A stretch of 58,745 nucleotides of DNA, the filler included, from Sphacelaria rigidula (Eukaryota): assembly GCA_964200075.2 (NCBI GenBank). It is 5 parts of 5 records of this genome, joined end to end, with 100 filler letters (N's around TTAATTAATTAA, not from the genome) between each part and the next. Parts side by side here need not be neighbours in the genome. Positions count along the whole stretch, not along the records: positions 1 to 11,672 come from CAXNAA020004640.1; positions 11,773 to 23,441 come from CAXNAA020004641.1; 3 more parts are not named here. The stretch is one strand, 5' to 3'. Shown one piece after another: positions 1-12,174 of this stretch. The translations under genes and the position numbers were made by a program. Positions within the stretch are counted from its first letter, which is position 1. Every line of letters starts with the position of its first letter. The notes below the pieces were generated by a model, which did no database searches, had not been told where the DNA came from, and was given only the letters and a program-made list of their open reading frames with translations.

Positions 1-215
1 GGTGGGGCGGCGGGGGCGGGTCGGCGGGGGGGGGGGGGGGGGGGGGGGGGGCGGGGGCGTACTCATTCGTCGCGTGCCTTAGTCGTTTGACCATTGACCA
101 CGCACCCCTTTCGAGACGGAGCATTGTCGGACGTGGGGGGGCAGGAGGTGTACTCGTTTGTTTCTTGCCGAATCGTTTGACCATTGACCACGCATCCCTC
201 TCAAGACGGAACACC
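1..215 (-). mobile_element. Two tandem short 3' ends of the poly(C)-tailed LINE family
   Basis: Reverse complement of ...CCGTCTCGAAAGGGGTGCGTGGTCAATGGTCAAACGACTAAGGC...TGAGTACGC(C)n, matching 20505-20594; copies at about 1-125 and 133-215. Confidence 0.85.
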
Positions 216-901
216 GCACTTTCCGTGTACAGTGAGTACAGCACCGTACAGTGCTCTGATGTTTAGAGCCGTTGGCCACTGACCGCTGAACGCATTAATA
301 GTGCTAAACTAAGAGTTGTGCGTGTGATAATCACATCTTTCCTGTCTGTTGTGGGGTTATTTCGGTACGGTTGATTCCACGGCTTCGCCGAGATGCATGA
401 TGTTACGGTCCCCTTTCGCATGCGGTCTTGACGTCTACAACCCATGGCAGTAGCAGTAGCCGCAGTGGTTGCAGGTGTGGTGGTTTATGTGTACATGTAA
501 ATGGTCGTCGTGCGCATTGTTGAGTTTCTGTGATGAAGCAACGCCAAGTCTACGCTGTGCTCGCCGGTGCACGAGAGACAGCAGTAGCAGTAGCGCTAGT
601 GGTGATAGGTGTGGTGGTACTGATAGTAGCTGTAGTAGTAGAAGGGAACAGCAGGGTGTTCAAAACGTTCTAGAGGAGTAAACTCGAGCAACTATGGGTG
701 TTGGTATGTGCGCTGGTAAGTTCCGCATCAAAATGTTTCTTCATGCTCTCGACTCGTTGGAAATTCGAGCTATATGTTCTATTAAAATTTTACGCTTTCG
801 CACACGAACCTCTTCTCACCGTAAAATCGTCTCTGTCTCTCTCTCCCTTCTTCCATACCTCAACTGCTCACGCTGTTCGATTTTTTCCCTCCAAATCTCA
901 G

Positions 902-1669
902 GCGCGCGTGGGAGAAAATTGAAAAGGATGGGGAAACCCTTCTAGCAGCGGCGCGGGTCACTCGCACGGAATACCTCGCACCCTTCCGAGCTTGCTTGTA
1001 CCACAAGGCGTCAACTATCACGATGAGCGGGGGCGCAGTAGCAGGAGCCAGTACGGGTGATGAAGTGGTCAGGGACAACTGGGATTCTTCCGATGATGAC
1101 GACGACATTGCCGGTGGTGAAGAAGAGGAGAAGGTGCGGGAAAACTGGGACTCATCTGATGAAGATGTCGGTGATGTAGATAATAACAATAATGGCGATG
1201 ATCAAGGCGTTGGGAGAGGCGGCGAAGGGATGAAGCATCCAGCAGTGGGGGCTGGGGGGGGCGAGCTTATGCCAGTGACGAGCGATATTACAGGGACGGT
1301 AGATGAGGGTGTCCGAGCGGAAGACGGAGACCCTCATGTGGGTCCATTGGCTGCAGCGGGTAGCAGCAGCAGCAGTATTGGACAGGTAGCAGGAGAAGGA
1401 GCAGGTGGCGCATCAGGCGGTAGTGATCATAGTCGTAGTACACAAGATAAAACATCGCGCGACGTGGAAGTCGGAAAAGATGCCACCGCATCATCGTCAT
1501 CGGGCGCGGCTGTACGCACAGTAAAAGGACAGGAATTACCGTCTAGCCGTGCCTCAAAGGCAACCACGGTTGACGCGGCAGGTGGCGGTTGCGGTGTTGA
1601 TAGCGAGGCCCCCGGTGGATCCTCGTCCATGCGATGGCGAGCAGGGGGCGGCAGCGGCGATGACAAGAG
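902..1669 (+). CDS. Internal exon of unknown acidic/low-complexity protein (contig 1 gene)
   Basis: Pyrimidine tract + AG at 900-901; open frame (RAWEKIEKDGETLL...NWDSSDDDDD...GDDKR); donor AG|GTGAGT at 1670; phase 2/2. Confidence 0.8.
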
Positions 1670-2999
1670 GTGAGTGTTGTACATACGAATACTCGCCTCA
1701 CTGTTTCCAGTCTCCCTCAGTATGTCTATATACATGTCTGAATGTACAGCAATGGTGAGGTTTGGGAGAATAAAATTCGAATACAGTGGGAATTCAGACT
1801 ACTGTCCGCCGCTGTCACAAGACCCGCAATGATTCGGTTGTACGCTTCCAGGCGCAAAATGTGAAAAACTGCAGCTGCAATTTACTTTCTTGTTACGCTG
1901 CCGGTGGAGATTTGACAAGCTGCCCCGCGTCTCGGGTGCGGGATTCGACGTGTGACATGCGTTGCGCAATGCTCATTAGAAGTGATACGGTACTCAACTA
2001 CATCGTTTTGGTCGAGATAGAACAAGCTGGAAAGCTGGCGGCGACAAAAACGTCGCTTGTTATGTTTGTTTCGCGTCCAACACACGAATCTGCCCCGCGG
2101 CCAGTTGTATTATTACGACACATGCTCGCTCGGACAAGGAGGCACACCCGCCCGGACGCTTGAGGACATACGGAAAGTGTTATTTTTAGTCGGAGTGGTC
2201 GTGATGAGCTCGTGGGACGGTTAGGAAATAGCTGCCGCAACAGACGAGCTCGTGGCGTGAAAAGTTGGGATAGGGGCACTGAGCTCGGTGATGGCTTTTG
2301 TTGTACTGCTGAACTAATGGTACTGTCTTCGATGACAGTGTCACCCGTCATATGTCGAGGATTAAATATTTTTTGCATCGCACGTAAACCCCGAGTACGT
2401 TTGGAACGCAGAGCTTCTGCCGGGTGAAATCGCGATGTGGGTACCGGGGTGGTTGGTAAGTTTGCCGCTGCGAACCTTGCTGTCCGAACACGAGCTCGAA
2501 ATGTTGAGAGACGAGGGAGAGGTGGTGACCTTAATGATCACTTCCTTCAAACTGCAGTACGGTGCGGTGCTCTTGCATCGTACAGTGTACTTGAGTCATG
2601 GGCACGGGATGTCCGCATCGTTTCATAAGCCTAACCGCCACAAGCAAATGTTTACATAGCATAGCGTGTTGGGTCACCGCTGGAATTTTGCGGTTTTACC
2701 CTACACCCTGAAAAAGCTCGTAATCCTTTTGGGCTTCACCGTCTTGTGTTGAGCGAGGGGAATTTGTCATATACCTTATCGCTTGCACCAAGTCCTGCGT
2801 CTATTTTTATCACATCCTTTTCTTCCCTCAGGGTCACAAGTGTTGATCTGAGCCTCTTAATACCTTCGCCGATTGTGTTTGACGTAAACCTCGTTATCTT
2901 GTCAGAACTTGCGATCCTGTACTGCAAAAAGCCACTTGTGTTTGACCTAGACAGTATTCTCTTGTCTCAACTTGCGCCCCTCTACCGCAAAAGCTGCAC

Positions 3000-5000
3000 A
3001 CTCTGGATAGTGACAGTATATTACATTGGCAAGAAGTGCACTGCGTACAATATGGAATTCTCTACACCAAGAAGTGCACTGCTTCTCAACAGCGACCTGA
3101 GAGACGAGTGATTTATGGCGAGGTCTTTGTCACTAGGTTTGCACTGCAAACAGAGCAAACGCCTCGGCGGTCGATGTGGCCGGAGCACGAGGGCATCCGC
3201 TCAACCATTGAAAACCACAGCGGATCACATCAGTTGTTACGCAGCCTTCAGGCTCGTGCTTGTGGGCCAGGCCGCATGCGTTGCTCTCCGCGAGAAAGCG
3301 CAACACACAGTACACTCCGGTACGGTCGGTCCAGTATGTCTAGTATAGTAAACGTGCGGTATGGTGCACATGGTATCGCACCGGTACGAAGTCAGTCGAT
3401 TCGAAGCCGTCCTGACACGCAGAGTATGAGCGCATGCGCCGTGTATCTGTGATCAGATTGGAGGTAAATTTCACACGCACCGCAATCGCACGATTGGAGC
3501 ATCAGACTTTTTGAACCGCAACGCTAGTCCTTCAAAGGTGCCCTCCAGGCCTTCACCGCGTATACTCTCGTGTCACCCGTGCGCCATTTTGCTGCCACGA
3601 GTTGGAGTTATCGCCATGAAGTTCGTGTGGACGGGGATTGAGTGTATGCTAGGACGATGGTGGCATACATACTGGAACTCCGACTGACGGTAGCGCGTTG
3701 TTTTTGGTCCTTGTTCATATTTCCCCGTTTTTTTATGGTCGGACTCGTCGGTCCCTAGCGTCTAACCGGCGTCAACGGTGTTCCATTCTGGTTTCGAGCG
3801 TGGTCATGATATCATTCCCGACTGCTGGGGTTCATAGTTAGACAGCAGAGCTCTGCGCTTCTCACATTTCTTCTGCCCTGGTGTACATGCACAGCGTCGC
3901 GGTCTCTCATCACTCGGATAGGCAATGTCTCCGCCCTCAGACAGCACACCGTCTGTCGTGGCTCGTTGGTCCCCAAGTTCGGGCAACAAGCCTCGCGAAT
4001 CATAACATATTTTCTCTAACAGACCACCGAAATCTGCGCTCCGATATAGATGTATCCACGTACTTGGCAAATATTTGTGTTGCTGACAGAATTGCCGGAG
4101 TTGATGCTGGGATGAGCGTGCAGGCCGCCTCTCGTATGCGAGGTACTATGAACGACAGCACGTACAGGTCAGGGTATTTCCAGTGTCTACCTGGGTCTCG
4201 AAAGCAACACAGAGCCGATTGCGCGTGTCCTTCATAGTAAAATATTTGTCGTGCCGTCTGGTCCCAGCTCGTGCGTCCGCACCACAAGAGTTTTTTCTCG
4301 CCGAAATTGGGAACGTCGCAGGTGCGGATGAAACAAGTTTGCGTTGCCAGTGGAATACGACACGTGACAGTCGGTGGAGTACGGAGTATAACACAGCGGT
4401 CAAGGTTGCGCCGCGCCTGCCAGACGTACTGCGTAGAGCCCCGGCCTTGTACCAGCATTGCCTTTGTCGCTGTACTTTGCTTTGACCCACAATTGAACCG
4501 ACTTGGAACTGTCCATGTGGGAGGGGAGGAGTGGTGTCTGTGCTCGATCGGTTGTTGCCCTGCTGCGTCCAAGAGCATCTGAGGGAGATGGGAAGTAATT
4601 TACTGTACGAGCTGGGCTAGCAGTAAATCCCGCATTTGCATGTCAAACCGTAACTTATGAAGTCCACCAAACCAGCCCGACTTGAGTATATCGGTGTGAT
4701 CTGCAGACCAACGTGGTAACGCACGGGACCGCCGCTGGATAAAAACAAAAATGAGGAAAATGTACTGCACAATGTATCACCTAACCGCCGGAACGAAAAA
4801 AAAAAGGAATCCGTCGGGATTCGAAGTCGTGACCTCCATAACTGGAGTCAACTGCATCACTTGGATTGAAGGAGCGCAGCCGTGCCACACGAACAGTTGT
4901 GGATGCTGCGTCAAATTTCTTGAGTTTTTGGCCAAAATTGCACAAGGATCTCCACACAAGGCCGCACAACTGCACTGGGGATGCCCCCGTAATTCTCAAT
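3000..5000 (-). pseudogene. Decayed KDZ (Kyakuja-Dileera-Zisupton)-like transposase in intron, antisense to host gene
   Basis: Collinear minus-strand motifs across frameshifts: CSCAALCGDPC (SWIM-like, ~4950-4985); FYYEG and CCPNLG..EP (CxC-like, ~4240-3960); FQYVCHH...NFM (~3680-3615); GE...FEGLALRF...AP (~3555-3495); NACGL...EPE...GFQW (~3280-3205); NHSSL (~3110). Boundaries approximate. Confidence 0.55.
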
Positions 5001-6235
5001 GTCAATGGAGTTGTAGCATCCTCTAGGTTTTGCACAAGCTTCAAATAGCCTCAACTTTCTGCTTCTTTTTTTTTCCTTGGCATCCCCGGGAAGGTTGTGC
5101 GCAGTGATGATAAAGACGTTTTATAAAAATTTCAGCGCCCAACACTGCTGATTACCCACCGCCCGGCCCGGATACATTCGCGAACCACTGTCAGCTGGCC
5201 CAGCTCGTACTCTTTTGTGCGTCTATATTGACCTGGCTCTAGTGCACCACATGGTGGTCCACTATCCTCCAATTTGAAGCAGCACCTAGCAGGAGGCCAG
5301 CCGTGGGCACACACCCTCTACAGCTTCGAATAAGTGTTCAGACACATTCCGCCACACTACCATATTGTACCGTACTCTCGTCGAGATAGTCATCCACTTC
5401 TTGACTGCATCATTTGTCCGTGCATCCTCTGCACAGTACAAGTAATATAGGAGGCATGCACTATACTCTCTGTACCATGATCAGCGCAAAAAATATTGTA
5501 CAGCGCAACGCCGTAGCATCAGCGGGGATTACACACGTGGCCGGTGTAGGGCCGAATGGCAACGAGGGGTCGTCAATGATAAATAGATTGATGGTAAGTG
5601 CAGCTTTACACCTAAAATATTCGAAGAATGGCGGGCTTCTCGAACGGGCAGTGTGCTTCGTGTCGGCGAGGTTGTGTACGTGCTGAACATGATCAGAGTG
5701 AGACATTGCAGCAGCTGTGTGGCAAAGTAGCTGGACACATCACGAGTAGAGATGGCACATTTTGGTGGAGTTGGTTCACATTTTTCCCTGTTTGCCTGGT
5801 CCGGCCCGCCGATTCCGACTGCTGACCGCTACAAACGATACTGGATTTAGCGTCGTGCGCGATGATTGCATGGATTGCTGCGGCTGTTGGTACTCGAGGC
5901 TCCGAGACTTCTCTCGTGAAGTGCATCCATGACAAGCCTCATCAAGTCGTGGGACGTAGTGAAAAACTAGCTTTCTACGGTTTATTATCAGCCTCTGCGC
6001 AAGTTTTGCGAACGTTTCGACGCGAGTGTTTTTTATATCCATCTGGGTTCCTCGAACACGTGCAGGTATTCCGGCGACTTCGCGACTGCTGTCTAGCCGC
6101 TGTGCAAGTTGTCACTTGGATGAACACCTATAATAGATGGATCCTCACTTTGCGAGCTATTGTTCAGCATTCGTGAATCATCCTTCGATGTGTATCGTGT
6201 TACGATTGTTGATGATGCCGAAAACTACCCTCCAG

Positions 6236-6436
6236 GAGCCGCGAGAGCGACCAGGGTGTTCTCGGTGGGCCTCGAGGTGGGATGGTGGCGCCCCCTGCTC
6301 CTGGTCCATCCAGTCGGCGGCATTCGAAGTGGGGAAATTCGGCGATCAAAGGACGGTTGGCTCGACCCTCCGACGGGCGCGCCACAATGCTTGAGCAGGA
6401 GGCGAAAGAACGCCAGGAGAAGATTGAGAAGCTCAG
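6236..6436 (+). CDS. Internal exon of contig 1 gene
   Basis: CAG acceptor at 6233-6235; open frame SRESDQG...EQEAKERQEKIEKL; donor AG|GTGCGT; phase 2/2, consistent with flanking exons. Confidence 0.8.
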
Positions 6437-6475
6437 GTGCGTTGATGGTGGGTCGGAGGTGATGGGTTGCCCGCT

Positions 6476-7010
6476 TGGGGGATGGGGAGAGGGGGGGGAG
6501 GCGGCGTACTCAGTTGTTGCTTGCCTTCGTCGTTCGACCCTTGACCACTCCTCCCTTTCGAGACGGAGCACCGTTCCTACTCCTAGTAGTGACACCTTTA
6601 ACGCTTGGGCGCTCATTACGTTTTTACCATACTTGACACAGAAACCTCTCATATATCCTTCCTGTTTCGCCGTATGTGGCCACAATCTATCTCACAGTAT
6701 AGCCATCGCTTTATCGCCACTGTCTAGTGTATCGAGCGATTCCATACCACCTTCGTTTACTTCCCCTATTCTCCCCTTCAACACGTCCCCTATTCAGCCA
6801 CCATATGGGATCTACTTTCCATTGTCTTGCCACGGGGGCAACTTTGTGCATTTCCTTCCTCCTCCACTCGTCCACTGGTATACCTTGTCCTTTCTGGCAG
6901 ATCCACGTCTCCCACCAGAAATCGCAGTTCCATTTTTTTCGAATCGTTTGCTTGGCCGTGCAGACATGTTTTCATCTCCATCCCTTCTCTTAATCCGCCA
7001 TATATCTCCA
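6476..7010 (-). mobile_element. 5'-truncated LINE 3' fragment with C-rich tail
   Basis: Collinear with the reverse complement of ~20040-20594 (KTCLHG...SCPRGKTMESRSHMVAE zinc-knuckle remnant; ...KASNN* then C-rich tail). Confidence 0.9.
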
Positions 7011-7067
7011 GGGGCGGGGAGGTTGGTACCCTCATATAGCCCTTTTGCTTTCCTAGTGTGGGTTTGC

Positions 7068-7145
7068 AGGGAGGAGGGGCGTACTCATTTGTTGCTTGCA
7101 TTAGTCGTTTGACCATTCACCACGTATCCCTTTCGAGATGGAGCA
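7068..7145 (-). mobile_element. Short 3' end of the same LINE family
   Basis: GGGGCGTACTCATTTGTTGCTTGCATTAGTCGTTTGACCATT matches the family 3' end. Confidence 0.85.
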
Positions 7146-7574
7146 GTAGGTTTGCGGGAGCGGGCGGAAAGGAGAGCAGGTCCGACGTTGTCCTTTGTTG
7201 CTGCTACTGTCCGCGTGTATTTCGGTTTTGATCAGGCTAACTGATCGTTTGTCGTGCCGTACGTCGCTGGGTATAAGAGAAGACTGCGCACTCCACACGA
7301 ATCATATTCGTACGAATTGACTCGTGACGATTATCGAGTGCCATTAGTGTGTCGAGGAGTCATTATGTGCAAACCAAAGATGAGAATACATACATATATA
7401 TACACACACATTCGAGATAATATTGTACGAATGGTGAACGGGATTGCCTTCCTTCCAAATAGTGTCACACGATCAAAGCCGAACCTGTACGAATCACTCT
7501 TGTACGAATCACTGCTGGGGTGAAAATGCCAACTTGATTCACCCGCACGAATCGCGAGTCGGAAATATGTCCGC

Positions 7575-8900
7575 ATGTTTCATGCCGTATGAACAGCTGA
7601 TGGGAAACATGTAGAGTGTACGATTCATGTCGTACGAGTAGCAGACGGGAAATTTGTACGTATGATTCATGCCGTATGGATGACAGCTGGTGGACATGTA
7701 CGCTTGATTCATGCAGCACGACTGACAGGTGAGAAGAATATATGCTGCATTCATGCCGTATCAGTGATGGGTGGAAAGCATGTGCGTATTGTTCATCCCG
7801 TATGGTGAGGAAGTTATGCTCGATTCATGCCATATGAATGGCTGGTGGGGGAGCGAGAACAAATCCCTGTTCTGGTAGGAATCGTATGACTTTTATTCGT
7901 GTCGACAACTAAAAACGTGCTCTACGTATCACTGTTGTTCTAATACTCACGCGCGGTAACTCTCTAGCTGTCAGGGTAGATCAGCCATTGAATTGGCATC
8001 ATTTTTACACGAAAAATGATAATGACCTAGACAAGTTCCCGGGTGATTAACGACTCAACGAGCGTCGGTCATTTGGGTCTTATTTTAATATTTCAAGTAG
8101 AATTGGTGCCAAATCAACAGATAGCCTATCCTGATGGTCAAAGGGTTGCATCCATCCATTTGCACGCGCAAAAGTCGTGCCGCACGAATTGAAGGTGCGG
8201 AAAATGAACCAAAGAGTCGTGCCCCATAAACGGCAGCTGCGGGTTGTGCACCAAATTTTTGGGTTATTACGGCGCATAAAATGGTGGCCGTAATAATGCA
8301 CGTTCGATTCATGACGCACAGATCATTGGATGGGAGAAAGATCATTTCGGTTATCGTGTACGAGTGACGGGGGGGGAATATGTACGCGTGGCTCGTGCCT
8401 TACGACTGACAGGAGGTGGGAATATGTGCACTTGATTCATGCTGTATGAAACACAGGCAAGGAACATGTACGTATGCTTACTGCTGCATGAATGAAAGGG
8501 AAAAACATCGATATGAGGGTATTGTTAGCAAGACTGTTTTTCAGACTACTCGGACGTTTCCCGAAAAAATAGGAGCTTTCTCCCCGACCTCTCCAATGAA
8601 GCGCCTCAAGAAAACTTGAACTCTAGATTTTCGAAGTAATCAGCATATATGCAGTCTCGAATTGGTCCATTACCAACCAATTTGTTGGACAAGTTTTTCC
8701 CCCCAAAAAGTAAGAGATTTCGTCTTGGAAAAAAGTTCCGTTCATCACACTCCTATCATGCCGCATGGATGGGCAGTGAATAATGTGTAACAATGATTCA
8801 TGCTCTGTGAATCACAGATAGGAAAATGTACCTTTGGGGGTGTGCCCCATGAATGATGAGCGGGATTGCATACGTTCCATGTAGTGCCGCACGAATTGCG
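7575..8900. repeat. Degenerate ~42-bp tandem repeat clusters with core GATTCATGCCGTATGA
   Basis: About 7 units at 7575-7850, about 5 at 8300-8500, and 2-3 at 8750-8900; core conserved, intervening sequence variable. Confidence 0.75.
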
Positions 8901-9319
8901 CAACGTATTCGTGCAATCTTTGAAGACGAACAACTCGTCATTTTACTCGTCCGATATGTGAAAGGTTGCACCTAGTCATAGCGGGAAAAGTGTCATAGGA
9001 TTGTGGGCAGAGTTGAGATGAGCACATTCCATCTCACCGCGCACCCCGAGGTGGAACCGAGCAAGTGATAATATGAGCGACCCACTCCGTGCTTTGGGGA
9101 AGAACGGGTAGCACCCCTGCGCCCCATGTTGTCATTGTTTTTTCCCGGTATTCATGGTAACCCTACTGTATTTCGTACGAGTACGTTTGAAAAGCTGTGT
9201 ACATGTGTCACACAACCTTCTCAGTGAATCAGCCCTGTTCCGCATTGTATAGACTTTGAAGCTTCCTGCACCCTTGTTTACTCCGGCCCCATCCCTCCCC
9301 ACGTGCTTTCACGTTTCAG

Positions 9320-9863
9320 ACGTCTTGAGGAAACGCGTAGGGAGACGCGTAGGCAGCGGGACGAGGCAAAGCGGAAGGAGCGTGTTGACGCAGGCAAGTT
9401 AGACTCGCACTCGTTCGTGTGGGAAACCCTTGGAGATTCTTCAGCATCGTCCTCAGAAGAAGACGCAGAAGGAGAAGAAGGCAAAGAAGATATTTATTCT
9501 GGGGAAGACAATGGCGTCGCCGCCAAGGAACAGGGCAGTGAAAATGCCGCAGCGAGAGGGGTTGATGCCCCAGATGAAAGATCGCAGCGAGCCGTTCGAA
9601 TTGATGCAGGCGGGGTAAGTGAACGGCGAGATGCAAGGCGAGATGAAAGGAGATCGGAAAGACAACTGGGGGAACCACAGCAGCAGAAACAGCAGCAAGA
9701 GGGGGAAGGAGGGTGGGCTTGTGATGTGTGCACTTTCTTGAATGATGTTGCCCCCCCGCAAGGGAACGTCGGCAGTAGCAGCGACAATGGATGGCGTCTT
9801 CGATGCGAAATGTGCGACGCTGAGGGGCCTAAGAATGCGGGCTCGCCATGGTTGACCGCGTGA
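9320..9863 (+). CDS. Terminal exon of contig 1 gene, with RanBP2/NZF-like zinc finger
   Basis: TTTCAG acceptor, phase 2; charged helix RLEETRRETRRQRDEAKRKER; WACDVCTFLN-x20-CEMC; TGA stop at 9861-9863. Confidence 0.8.
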
Positions 9864-11672
9864 AGGATGGCCCTGAATCGTAGTGCCTCGTAACGGCTAG
9901 ATTTTAGTCGTCGGTCCGCGGCGGGCAGACATATTGTCACGGGGTGTTAAGTGTCGCCGGCGTTGTTTTTACAGAATCGGTAAATTTTGTGGCACGACGT
10001 ACTTTCGCCCTTGATGAATCTGTATGTGTGTGCTGTGGCCGATTCCATCGGTTGATTTAGAGTTCGGTCGTAGTGGGTAGATTTTGCTGCATCGGTATAG
10101 CCGGTATAGCCGGTAAACGGGCCTAAGCGGGAGTGTGGAACCCCACGACAGACGTGTCAAGTGTCGCCGTGTTGTTTGTGGTATGGATGACGTGGCGAGA
10201 TATCCAGAGATTCGTATCTAACTCCTGTACGAACTATGTGTTCTGGATGAGGATATGCTACTTTATTGCTTGAATAGATGAGAGTGCCGCGCGCATCACG
10301 CCGGTGCAAACTGGACCCTAGTACAGGTATGGAGGGGACTTCACCACAGACCACAACTCAACAGCATAGCAGGATGAATCTACCGACGCCCGAGTTCCGT
10401 TCGAGGAGAAGTCCGAGTACACGTTTTTTTAGGACGGTGTAAAGCGTTTCGTGTCATCGCATCATTTCACTCCGCGCGAGGAAGCTCTGTGGCTTGTCCG
10501 TTTCCTTCGCCACGGACGCTGCCGTGTCGACGCGTGTTCGCCACGGAATGCTGCATACAGCGCAATGAGATCACCCGTCATCCGATGTGATGCGTGGCGT
10601 ACACCGAAAAAATAGAGAATCTCGACATCATATGTCTTGATTTTGTGAATCTTTCTGTCGTGTCTGCGCAAGATCGCAACAGCATGACCAACAACAGGTG
10701 TGCTCCGCGAAGATACATTCTACTGGTTGCATAGCGTAGCACTGTTTGCATGCGCAGACAGGACCGGCAGAGGAACAGCACACAGCTGCGGTACTACAGT
10801 GTGCAGACACGACACAGTCTGCAGTGTTTTCTATCTGGTTCACCACAAGCACGCCTCTATTGCGCAGCACGGTACAGCACGATGCCCTAGCTGAGCTACT
10901 CGTTTTCACCACTACCCCCCTCACGAACAGGCGTCTCTCTGCTTCGTGCTACTTCGTGGCATACAGTGCAGACCCAGGCAAGCAAGAAAACACGCACTGA
11001 CTTTCACTGACAGTCAAGATCATAGACGCAGATGCTACTACGCACGCGTCGGACAGCTCATGAACTAAATACCTGAAACAACTCATCAAAGAGGACTCTT
11101 AGATCTGACGGTTCCAAAACACAAAATACGTTACCGCGGTGTTAGAACTGAGAAGCCAAAGCGCACCCTTTGCGCTACACCGCATGCTTGGCGTCCAGCC
11201 CTGTGGGGACAAGAATTTGGGACAGGGGACCAAATGAGGTAGTAACGCATGGTCCGGATCACTACAATAACAAAAGAAGAATATTTAGGTAGCTCATGAG
11301 CAGTCTGATGTGTGTTCGGTAGTACAGGGTGCGCGCCGGTCTAGTCGATTCGCAGACTGTTTGTGTGTCAGTTGTCAGGGCCTACTCCAAGCTTCGTTTC
11401 CCTCGCTCGGCTTGCTACATCCGGGAGCTCAGAAATAAATATCCCGTCAAGATCGATAAAATTTTCGCCAACACCAAGCAATGAAGCGAGAGCACCGTAT
11501 GTATGTCTTCCAAAGGAAGCTGCGCTGCAACACGCGCTAAAGATGCACGTGCGTGTACGTAACCAAGATAGTTGTCCCTGCTGTTGTACCTTTGTCATTA
11601 TTCGCCGCGGTACCTTTTAACAACAAATTGTGAGAATTGAGGTTTAACTTCGAGATGAGGCTCAAGCCTAAA

Positions 11673-11772
11673 NNNNNNNNNNNNNNNNNNNNNNNNNNNN
11701 NNNNNNNNNNNNNNNNTTAATTAATTAANNNNNNNNNNNNNNNNNNNNNNNNNNNNNNNNNNNNNNNNNNNN
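11673..11772. other. Artificial contig spacer
   Basis: 44 N + TTAATTAATTAA (stops in all six frames) + 44 N. Confidence 0.98.
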
Positions 11773-12002
11773 TTGGTGATGGGGTGGTTTGTGTGTGGGG
11801 TGTTTGGGGGGGGGGGGGGGGGGGGGCGGGTGGGGGGGTGGTGCGGGACTCAAGAGTGCTGGGTCTAAGCTGTTGCTTTAAGCTGTTGCTTTGTAATGTT
11901 GTGTGTTGTTGCTCTACTTGTAGCAGTCCAATTTTACAGCTTTTTTGTCAAGTGTCTAACTTTTCCTGCTACACTACATACGTGTCATTCTTCGTTTTTT
12001 AG

Positions 12003-12096
12003 GAGAAAACGAAGGCATTGATGGAGTCTAAGCTGCAACTGTCCGACAAGGGCGACTTGCTGGACTTCAGTCTGGACGGTGGTCTATCCACGCAAG
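12003..12096 (+). CDS. ISWI: ISWI/SNF2L chromatin remodeller exon (post-helicase linker)
   Basis: TTTTAG acceptor; EKTKALMESKLQLSDKGDLLDFSLDGGLSTQ; donor G|GTTAGT, phase 1. Confidence 0.85.
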
Positions 12097-12174
12097 GTTA
12101 GTGCTGAGCTGCGCAGTCAGGAGGAAGAAATAGAAGATAGCCCCAACATGAAGTACGTACATGTACACACCTGT

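Noticed and set aside
4795-4840. tRNA gene on minus strand (CTTCGAATCC followed by a T-run)
   Set aside because: Only a B-box-like fragment; I cannot build a cloverleaf or find an A-box.
6282-7112. 276-aa ORF as a real protein
   Set aside because: It is a true exon to 6436 read through the donor into antisense LINE sequence.
7575-8900. CRISPR array
   Set aside because: Eukaryotic intron, no cas genes, short degenerate repeats, and the spacers resemble each other.
10400-11620. Gene or TE ORF at the end of contig 1
   Set aside because: Short ORFs with no recognisable motif or consistent splice chain.
11717-11728. TTAATTAATTAA as a biological motif
   Set aside because: Identical in all four N-flanked linkers; an artificial six-frame stop spacer.
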